From IMG/VR virus record IMGVR_UViG_3300027498_000004, positions 1-61,056 of that record: 61,056 bases of DNA, one strand, 5' to 3'. Both the position numbers and the translations under genes were made by a program. The notes below the pieces were generated by a model, which was given only the letters and a program-made list of their open reading frames with translations, was not told the origin of the DNA and searched no databases. This DNA comes from a virus. Every line of letters starts with the position of its first letter. Within the stretch, counting starts at the first letter, position 1. Positions 46,251-53,139 of the stretch are shown here, in pieces.

Positions 46251-47084
46251 ATGAGAAACACTACCAAAGGGTGGAGACCAAATAAACCTGTATTTCCGAT
46301 TACACAAGAACAGATCGACAAGATCGAGAACTGCGATATCGTAAACCCTATGGTTGGCGATAACCATGGTTTAAAGATTCCAGAGGACTTTGACTTAGAG
46401 GAGGCAGCAGCCGAAGTATTGACAACCAGGTTGCGAGTTCAGAAGGGAATCTTTCCTTGGGATGTAGCAGAGAAGTATTGGCCATATAAATTCGATATGC
46501 CGAGATATCTTCCTAAATGCTTAGAGATAGAAGGACTCAGCTTCGATGATCCAGAGGGCATGGCTGATATAGTACACATGGATGATCCTTTAGACTTCGC
46601 CTTAGCATTAAAGAAGGCTCTCACTAATCCAAAGTATGGTGGTACTGCCAACATCAAAGGGCATCACAATAAGTGGAAGCAATTTATAGAAACGGTGATC
46701 GATGTAAATGAAACGATTACTGATTACCAGAAGCGATATATCAGGAAAGTATTTGAGACTAAGTATTACTTCGGCTTGATCCGTCCAGAAGAAGCTGCGC
46801 CAATAGGACCAATATTAACTGCATACGAAGAAGGCTGTCCAACGCACCCTGCAATCGGACAGGGACATATTGCACTATCACAAGCATCAGTTAGAGCCTT
46901 AGATAAGGAGCTGGAGCTAAAAGAGGAACAGGTGCACGATGCTTTGTATGCATCTTACTTGTGGGGATTCTTTAGAGTGATGGCTGGCGTTCACTATGGT
47001 ATCGATGCAATTATATCTATCCTAGCAGTTGGAGGATATGAGAAGCACATCAAAAAAGAAGTCCTTAACGCATATAAAATATAG
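46251..47084 (+). CDS. PAP2-superfamily protein, vanadium-dependent haloperoxidase-like
   Basis: All three PAP2 motifs: K-x6-RP (KYYFGLIRPEE), PxHPxxGxGH (PTHPAIGQGH) and R-x5-H-x3-D (RVMAGVHYGID). Confidence 0.6.
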   Translation: MRNTTKGWRPNKPVFPITQEQIDKIENCDIVNPMVGDNHGLKIPEDFDLEEAAAEVLTTRLRVQKGIFPWDVAEKYWPYKFDMPRYLPKCLEIEGLSFDDPEGMADIVHMDDPLDFALALKKALTNPKYGGTANIKGHHNKWKQFIETVIDVNETITDYQKRYIRKVFETKYYFGLIRPEEAAPIGPILTAYEEGCPTHPAIGQGHIALSQASVRALDKELELKEEQVHDALYASYLWGFFRVMAGVHYGIDAIISILAVGGYEKHIKKEVLNAYKI

Positions 47085-47090
47085 TACATA

Positions 47091-47660
47091 ATGGCAAAGA
47101 TTAAATTATCACAACTTAAGCCCAACAAAAAGAATCCTCGTAAGATCAGTGAAGCAAAACTGGCGAAGCTGCAGGAATCGATAGAGGGCTTTAAAAAGAT
47201 GATGACTATTCGAAAGATTGTCATTGATGAGAAAGGTATCATCCTTGCTGGTAATCAACGTTACCAGGCATTGAAGGCACTCGGATACAAAGAGATCCCA
47301 AGCACATGGGTGCATAAGGTTTCAAACCTATCTGAGGAGGAGAAGAAGGAATTCATGTTGAAGGACAATGATCATGGTGGAGATTGGGATGCACAGATGT
47401 TCGATAATAAATTCTGGAAGGATGAAGAGGTGAATGATTGGATGGGTGAAGAATTCCTGCAGGGACTGCCAATTGTGCCACAGGAAAAGAAAGGAGGCAA
47501 GACACAGAAGAAGGTGGCCTTCAGTGCATCGACTACTACTGTCAAGCTAAAGTACAGCGAGGCGAAATATAAGAAGGTAGTCGCTGCGCTTGCAACTATA
47601 TCCGAGGACCAGGGAGATGCCCTCTGGCAATTACTAAAAGATAAAAAACTGGTCAGATAA
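47091..47660 (+). CDS. ParB-like nuclease domain protein (stand-alone paralogue)
   Basis: KKNPRKISEAKLAKLQESI...ILAGNQRYQALKALGYKEIP. The N-terminal ~120 aa are collinear with the next ORF. Confidence 0.8.
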   Translation: MAKIKLSQLKPNKKNPRKISEAKLAKLQESIEGFKKMMTIRKIVIDEKGIILAGNQRYQALKALGYKEIPSTWVHKVSNLSEEEKKEFMLKDNDHGGDWDAQMFDNKFWKDEEVNDWMGEEFLQGLPIVPQEKKGGKTQKKVAFSASTTTVKLKYSEAKYKKVVAALATISEDQGDALWQLLKDKKLVR

Positions 47661-47661
47661 G

Positions 47662-48666
47662 ATGATAAAGCTTTCGACACTAAAAACGCACAAAAAGAAT
47701 CCTCGCATAATCAGCAATTCGGAATTGGAAAGGCTAAAGAAGTCTATCACCGATTTTGAAAAGATGATGTCCATCCGACCGATCATTGTTGATGAGAAGA
47801 ATGTAATACTAAGTGGAAATATGCGTTTTCTGGCACTCAAGAAATTAGGCTTCAAAGAAGTTGATGATACTTGGGTTAAGAAAGTAAAGAATCTGTCTGC
47901 AGATGAAAAGCGTGAATTTATCCTCAAGGATAATGATCATGCAGGCAACTGGAATTTCAATGTGTTGAGCGAGGATACATTTTGGAAATCTAGTGATGTC
48001 CAGGGCTGGATGGGTGATAGCTTCTTTGATGCCCACGATGCAAAGAATACTAAAACAACAAATGAAGATTCAAATTTCACTATAAAGCCAAAGAAAAAAC
48101 CGAACGCAAAGACTGGTGATATATTTGAATTCAAAAGTGAAAAGTTAACTCATAGGTTAATTTGTGGTGATAGCACCAAACCCGAAGATGTATCCAAATT
48201 GATGAATGGAAATAAGATCCAGCTCATTGTAACCGATCCTCCCTATGGAGTAGCTTATGTTGGAAAGACCAAGGATGCTCTTACTATCCAGAACGATGCA
48301 ATGAGCGAGGAGCAGACAATAGCTCTCTGGAGGGCTGCTATTGACGCCTTCTTTCCTTTATGGGGAAAGGGAGCATCGATATATGTAACTGTCCCTGCTG
48401 GTCCATTAAATATTGGTTTTGTTCAAGCATTAACTGATATCGGAGCTCTTCGGCAGCAGATGGTATGGAATAAGCACAAACTGGTAATGGGAAGATCAGA
48501 CTATCATTACAAACATGAGCCAATATTGTATGGCTGGAATCCAAACGGCAAGCATTACTTTATAGACGATCGAACCAAGACAATAGTGTTCGACTATAAT
48601 AAGCCAGAGCGAAATGCTGATCATCCTACAATGAAGCCAATTCCATTATGGTCGGAGTTTATATAG
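47662..48666 (+). CDS. ParB-like domain fused to an N6/N4 DNA methyltransferase, truncated by an in-frame TAG
   Basis: KKNPRIISNSELERLKKSI...; IVTDPPYG (motif IV); HPTMKPIPLWSEFI, then TAG 48664-48666. Confidence 0.85.
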   Translation: MIKLSTLKTHKKNPRIISNSELERLKKSITDFEKMMSIRPIIVDEKNVILSGNMRFLALKKLGFKEVDDTWVKKVKNLSADEKREFILKDNDHAGNWNFNVLSEDTFWKSSDVQGWMGDSFFDAHDAKNTKTTNEDSNFTIKPKKKPNAKTGDIFEFKSEKLTHRLICGDSTKPEDVSKLMNGNKIQLIVTDPPYGVAYVGKTKDALTIQNDAMSEEQTIALWRAAIDAFFPLWGKGASIYVTVPAGPLNIGFVQALTDIGALRQQMVWNKHKLVMGRSDYHYKHEPILYGWNPNGKHYFIDDRTKTIVFDYNKPERNADHPTMKPIPLWSEFI

Positions 48667-48891
48667 AACTCTTCCAGAAAGGGTTGGAATGTATATGATC
48701 CGTTCAATGGCTCAGGGACGACCTTGGTATCGTGCCACTTAACTGAAAGGAATGGACATGCAATAGAAATAGATCCAATCTACTGCCAGGTGGCAATTGA
48801 TCGCATGCTTTCCCTGGATCCAGACATCCTCCTCCTCAAAAATGGAAAAGACGCCACAAAGCAGTATAGAAAGGCATTAACTAAGAAATAG
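48667..48891 (+). pseudogene. In-frame continuation of the methyltransferase carrying the AdoMet-binding motif I
   Basis: Same frame directly after the TAG: NSSRKGWNVYDPFNGSGTTLVSCHLTERNGHAIEIDPIYCQVAIDRM...; stop TAG 48889-48891. No start codon near its 5' end. Confidence 0.8.
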
Positions 48892-48893
48892 TC

Positions 48894-48938
48894 TTGCATA
48901 TATACAATAGTTTATCTATTATTGTATATAAATACAAT
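48894..48938 (+). promoter_or_regulatory. early promoter, site B (TTG-N20-TATTATTG) with two palindromic operator-like sites
   Basis: TTGCATATATACAA (48894-48907) and ATTGTATATAAATACAAT (48921-48938). -7-like box at 48917-48924. Confidence 0.55.
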
Positions 48939-48942
48939 ATCT

Positions 48943-49134
48943 ATGCTTTTAACTGCAAATCAAGTTGCTGCTATTTCAAAGGATAAGCTCACAGCGGAGC
49001 GAATAAAGCAATTTTGCCGTTCTGGACGCTTGCCAGCTACAAAGGTAGGCAGGCTCTGGCTTATAAAGGAATCAGACTTCAAAAAATTTGAATCAACACC
49101 GAGGGCGAATGGACGTCCTAAACTTGATGAGTAA
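48943..49134 (+). CDS. excisionase-family (HTH_17-like) DNA-binding protein
   Basis: MLLTANQVAAISKDKLTAERIKQFCRSGRLPATKVGRLWLIKESDFKKF. ATG 48943 is preferred over the track TTG at 48922. Confidence 0.7.
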   Translation: MLLTANQVAAISKDKLTAERIKQFCRSGRLPATKVGRLWLIKESDFKKFESTPRANGRPKLDE

Positions 49135-49158
49135 TCAACAAATCAACAATATATTTTT

Positions 49159-50301
49159 ATGTCACAAAAAGGAAATTACACAAACGAAATTGCCCAGGCA
49201 CCTGTTACAATGATTATAGACCCTCAACCTTACGGCTTAGAGCATAACAAGGCTCTGGCTGTAAGGGAATTTTTCACACCTATGATCGATGTGATGGTAA
49301 AGCTTGAGAATGAAGTAAACGAAGTGCTGGCTCTCAAGGAGCAGCATGGCTATGCAGAGGAGGTTATTACTAAGGCAACCGAAGCATACAAGAAGCTAGT
49401 GAAGGCTCGAACTGCTACTGCAAAAATCCACAAGGAGGTGAAAGCTACAAACCTCAAGGAGGGACGCTTTATCGATTCCCATAAGAACACTCAGGTTATG
49501 ATTGGGGATCCACTGGAAAAGGCAATGAAGGCGATCAAGGATCATGCAGAGAACCTGGAACGGGAGAGAATCAAAAAGGTAAAGGAGGATCGTACTAATA
49601 AACTCCTCGCTTTGGATGTGGTCGAATCTGATATCCCCGATATGATAGGGATAATGACGGACGGCATGTTTGAAAACCTCCTCCTTGGCGCACAGGCTGC
49701 ATTTGATAAGCGACTGGAAGAGGCAAAGGAAGAAGCTCGCCTGGAGCAGCTAAGGATAGACCAGGAGGCAAGAGAAAAGGCAGAGAAGGAAGCCAAACGC
49801 CAGGAAGAGCTCCGAATAGCACAGGAAGCAGCTGCCGAAGCAAAGAAGGCCCAGGAAGCAGCCGAAGCAGCTGCGAAGAAGGTCAAAGATGAGGCTGAGG
49901 CTAAATTACAGGCTGAACGTGATGCGAAAGCCAAAGTTGAAGCCCAGGCCAAGGAGGAGAAGCGTAAGGCAGACCTAGCAGCACAGAAAGCCCGACAAGC
50001 GATGCAGAAGGCAGAGCAATCGCAAAAGAACGCTGAGAAGGCTAAAAAACAGGTTTCGGAGCTAAAAAAGAGAAACGAAACGCTGAGTTTCAATGCTCCT
50101 GCGCCAACTGGCAATAAACCGAAGGAAGAGAAGCTCACCAAGATAGCTCAGGACCGAAACGCCAGCAACTTGATCAAGCTCAAAGCTGACCTAATCAAAA
50201 TAAAGGACGGATACTCATTTCATGGACCCAAGCACGAATCATTCAAGAGGAGATTGGACGCGACTCTAGATAGAATTCTGGTTGGTATAAACCAATTGTA
50301 A
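49159..50301 (+). CDS. hypothetical protein with a long K/E/A-rich coiled-coil segment
   Basis: 380-aa ORF; low-complexity central region. Confidence 0.75.
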   Translation: MSQKGNYTNEIAQAPVTMIIDPQPYGLEHNKALAVREFFTPMIDVMVKLENEVNEVLALKEQHGYAEEVITKATEAYKKLVKARTATAKIHKEVKATNLKEGRFIDSHKNTQVMIGDPLEKAMKAIKDHAENLERERIKKVKEDRTNKLLALDVVESDIPDMIGIMTDGMFENLLLGAQAAFDKRLEEAKEEARLEQLRIDQEAREKAEKEAKRQEELRIAQEAAAEAKKAQEAAEAAAKKVKDEAEAKLQAERDAKAKVEAQAKEEKRKADLAAQKARQAMQKAEQSQKNAEKAKKQVSELKKRNETLSFNAPAPTGNKPKEEKLTKIAQDRNASNLIKLKADLIKIKDGYSFHGPKHESFKRRLDATLDRILVGINQL

Positions 50302-50303
50302 AT

Positions 50304-50717
50304 ATGAGCTCTTTACTTACCAGCAAGGAGTTTGCTCCTATCACCAGGCACGAGGAACATTACTGCAGATATATCTGTGCTATTGTCAGGAAGTTTGCCA
50401 CTGATCGCAGTAAGCGCATGAGCTACATTCAAATCTCCGAATTTGTGGAGAAAGAGGGCAAGGTAAAGGTAGAGCCGATCAGGATAAAAGCTATCCTGGA
50501 CAGAGAGCGAGCTGCAGGAAGATTAGAGAATGTAATCGAAGTAAGCAACGCTATCTGGACAGAGAAGGACGTTAAAGTTCTGGAGCTATTCAAGGAGGCT
50601 CTAATAGTGCGATCTAAGAAGCTGGCTAAGATTGCAAAAGCTTTAAAAACTGATGTGGTGTACGACTCCACAAAAGTGAATAACAGTTATACAAACAGGA
50701 AGGATCTATGGTCTTAA
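50304..50717 (+). CDS. hypothetical protein (137 aa)
   Basis: ORF track. Confidence 0.7.
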   Translation: MSSLLTSKEFAPITRHEEHYCRYICAIVRKFATDRSKRMSYIQISEFVEKEGKVKVEPIRIKAILDRERAAGRLENVIEVSNAIWTEKDVKVLELFKEALIVRSKKLAKIAKALKTDVVYDSTKVNNSYTNRKDLWS

Positions 50718-50986
50718 TTGCTGAAATACCAAAAATGCAAAAGCGCACCCTGGAGAAGCACCAACGCAATCTGCAGATTAGGAAAGCCAATATTGAAAAA
50801 GCTCTCAAGAAGCTAACTGCAAAATATACCAGATACGATTATGTTGGTATAAAAATTGATTGTGTTGGTGTGAAAATGGGTGTGGATCTACATGCGAAAA
50901 ATATCGTCAAGATATTAGAATCACAGAATACCGAATACACCCTCATACTTATTGAAATCTCAAAAGAATTAAACCTTAGAAAATGA
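50708..50986 (+). CDS. hypothetical protein (92 aa)
   Basis: ORF track; overlaps both neighbours. Confidence 0.6.
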   Translation: MVLIAEIPKMQKRTLEKHQRNLQIRKANIEKALKKLTAKYTRYDYVGIKIDCVGVKMGVDLHAKNIVKILESQNTEYTLILIEISKELNLRK

Positions 50987-52140
50987 AAAATGTAAAAAGT
51001 AAATTGTGTATTGGCTGGATCCTGTTTCTCTGGATCGCTTCTGCTTATGTAATAGTTGCTCAGGTAGATACTATCACCATACAGCCTGGACAAAGTGTTG
51101 TAATTGTATCTTCGGAGCAGGCAGTGCAAGAACCAGAGCCCGAACCAGTCGGGACGCAGTTCTATGTGAATACAACCAACAACATCGATCACTATCCAAA
51201 TTTAAGAGGGAAAGGTGCTCGATACTTCTGGAATGTAGAACATGATCTCCCCTTTAATGGTATCCTCCAGAATGGTGGGAAGATGGCAAAGAACCACACC
51301 TTTATTCCTACAAATGAAATGAACGATTGCATTGGAGTAGATTACAATGGATCGATGTGCGACAATGCAATGCGAGTTAAAAAGTTGAGCAATCAATTTG
51401 ATATCGTAATGGTGGTCCCCCAGGCTGTGAAGAATCCGTTTGACTTCTGGCTCAATTGGCCCAACAAATTTATTGCCATGTGGATATGGGGTGATACTGG
51501 TGGATTGCAATACGCAAAAATAAAAGAACACTTCCTGGCATTGCTCTGGTCGACTCATGGAAATATAGACTTTGTTCAGATAGCCAATGAGCCCTGGGGG
51601 ATGAGTCCTGCCCAATATAACATTGTTGAATCTGCAAGAGTAGATGCATGGCTGGAGTACAATACAAGCCAAGGTCTCTCTTTAGATGATTATGAGCAGT
51701 TCACTCCGAAGTTAGTCACAGCAGCAATGCCAATCGGTCAAGGACTGCAGACAGAGCTCTCCTTCCAGAACCTAGCAAACTCAAAGTTTGCAAAGTACTA
51801 TTACAGCGTTGCAGTACATGGATACAATAGAACGCCAATGAGCGAGTGGAGTAGTGATGCAAGTATCACGAATGAAATAATAGATATGGCTTTAGAGTTC
51901 TGCAGGGTTTATATGCCACATTGCAGTTTACAGATCACTGAGACTGGAGCTCCCAATGATATCATCGATCAACATATCCAGTCATTAAAAGCTAAGACCA
52001 GCGAGGAAGAGGGCATCGATATAGTTTGGTTGTATAATTTATTCAGTGATGGATCAGATATATTTAAAAATAGCTTCTTCTTGAGTGATGATGGCGTACC
52101 TACTGAAGCAGCAATTAAATATAATATCATCACGAACTGA
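50983..52140 (+). CDS. secreted clan GH-A-like glycoside hydrolase (tentative)
   Basis: Signal peptide ...WILFLWIASAYVIVAQ. Candidate acid/base IANEPWG and nucleophile LQITETGAP. Confidence 0.45.
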   Translation: MKNVKSKLCIGWILFLWIASAYVIVAQVDTITIQPGQSVVIVSSEQAVQEPEPEPVGTQFYVNTTNNIDHYPNLRGKGARYFWNVEHDLPFNGILQNGGKMAKNHTFIPTNEMNDCIGVDYNGSMCDNAMRVKKLSNQFDIVMVVPQAVKNPFDFWLNWPNKFIAMWIWGDTGGLQYAKIKEHFLALLWSTHGNIDFVQIANEPWGMSPAQYNIVESARVDAWLEYNTSQGLSLDDYEQFTPKLVTAAMPIGQGLQTELSFQNLANSKFAKYYYSVAVHGYNRTPMSEWSSDASITNEIIDMALEFCRVYMPHCSLQITETGAPNDIIDQHIQSLKAKTSEEEGIDIVWLYNLFSDGSDIFKNSFFLSDDGVPTEAAIKYNIITN

Positions 52141-52241
52141 TGAGTCCATACAAAGCTAAGAACCGATTACAAACTTTTCTAATATACATGCTAATGTTTA
52201 TTGTAATAATTGCCATTGGTGTATTGATAGAAAACTCTTAA
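52140..52241 (+). CDS. candidate 33-aa single-TM peptide
   Basis: MSPYKAKNRLQTFLIYMLMFIVIIAIGVLIENS. The ATG overlaps the previous TGA. Confidence 0.35.
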   Translation: MSPYKAKNRLQTFLIYMLMFIVIIAIGVLIENS

Positions 52242-52253
52242 CAGGAATATAGG

Positions 52254-52829
52254 ATGAGCACAAAAAAGAAAACCACTCCAGCCAAAAAAGCAACTACTCG
52301 CAAGCGTAAGACTACTAAGCCGAAGAAGCAGCAGGAGGAGAAGTTGACTGTAGAGCACAAAGGAAGATATGATTGGGAGGCAAACAACTTCTTGATCACT
52401 CAGGAGTGGCTTGAGTTTCTAAAAGCTAATAAGCGTCCTCCTACATTCAAACATCTTGCAGAAGCAACTGGTCTAAGCTATATCACTGTATTTCGGCACA
52501 TGAATGATGAACGGACTCTCAAGATACGAGAGCAGATGAAGGAGTACAGTGTTCTGGTACCAGATATGATGGCTGCAATATTCAGAGCAGGAATGTCTGG
52601 AAAGCCACAGAGCCAAAAGCTATTCATGGAGGTGACTGGAGCATACATCCCAAAGATGGCGCAGACGGATCCAGAAGGAGAAGCATTACAGCCAATAGTC
52701 GGCAGCGATATTACTATCATCAATAAGCATACTGGTCCAAGGATTAGTTCAAAGACGAAGACAACGGTCAAGGCTAAATCCAGGAAGACCAATCGCGATA
52801 AATTAAAGGACTTAGAAAAAGGAAAATAG
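52254..52829 (+). CDS. basic HTH protein, terminase-small-subunit-like or a regulator
   Basis: Lys/Thr-rich N-terminus. PPTFKHLAEATGLSYITVFRHMND HTH, then AGMSGKPQSQKLFMEVTGAY, resembling gp3-type small terminases. It is not adjacent to terL except across about 9.8 kb of the circle. Confidence 0.4.
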   Translation: MSTKKKTTPAKKATTRKRKTTKPKKQQEEKLTVEHKGRYDWEANNFLITQEWLEFLKANKRPPTFKHLAEATGLSYITVFRHMNDERTLKIREQMKEYSVLVPDMMAAIFRAGMSGKPQSQKLFMEVTGAYIPKMAQTDPEGEALQPIVGSDITIINKHTGPRISSKTKTTVKAKSRKTNRDKLKDLEKGK

Positions 52830-53103
52830 TCCAAAGGTAAAACAACCAACCGAAGAAGAGTGGCGTTCCTGACGAGGAGCTGCAACGTTGTATTATGTAT
52901 TACAGATGAGATTGATATCATGAGTCAGTCTTATGGGGTTTGAGGGGTAACCTTTGAGTCTTTTAAACCAGCTAATTTGTAACACAGAGGTATAATACAT
53001 CGCCAAGAAGCCACTCAATTTTTGCCTCCTACCATAACATCACAATCCAGTACCACTCTCTAATCTCCGCTTTACTCAAGCGTAATAACCATGCATATTT
53101 GTA

Positions 53104-53135
53104 TTGTACTTATTATCTAACAATATAAATATTTG
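53104..53135 (+). promoter_or_regulatory. candidate promoter for the T9SS-cargo gene (TTG-N21-AATATTTG)
   Basis: TTG at 53104-53106 and a -7-like box at 53128-53135 (one mismatch to TAnnTTTG). Confidence 0.35.
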
Positions 53136-53139
53136 AGTT

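Noticed and set aside
48943-49134. The excisionase-like HTH might imply a temperate phage or integration module.
   Set aside because: No tyrosine or serine recombinase-like ORF and no attP-like feature were seen. The HTH is preceded by operator-like palindromes and fits a transcriptional regulator better.
49542-50141. 199-aa minus-strand ORF.
   Set aside because: It lies antisense to the K/E/A-rich coiled-coil segment of the 49159 gene. GAA/GCA/AAG repeats read as stop-free Ser/Ala/Phe on the opposite strand.
52478-52921. 147-aa minus-strand ORF reaching into the non-coding island.
   Set aside because: Most of it is antisense to the HTH protein gene (52254-52829). It has no promoter-like box on the minus strand.
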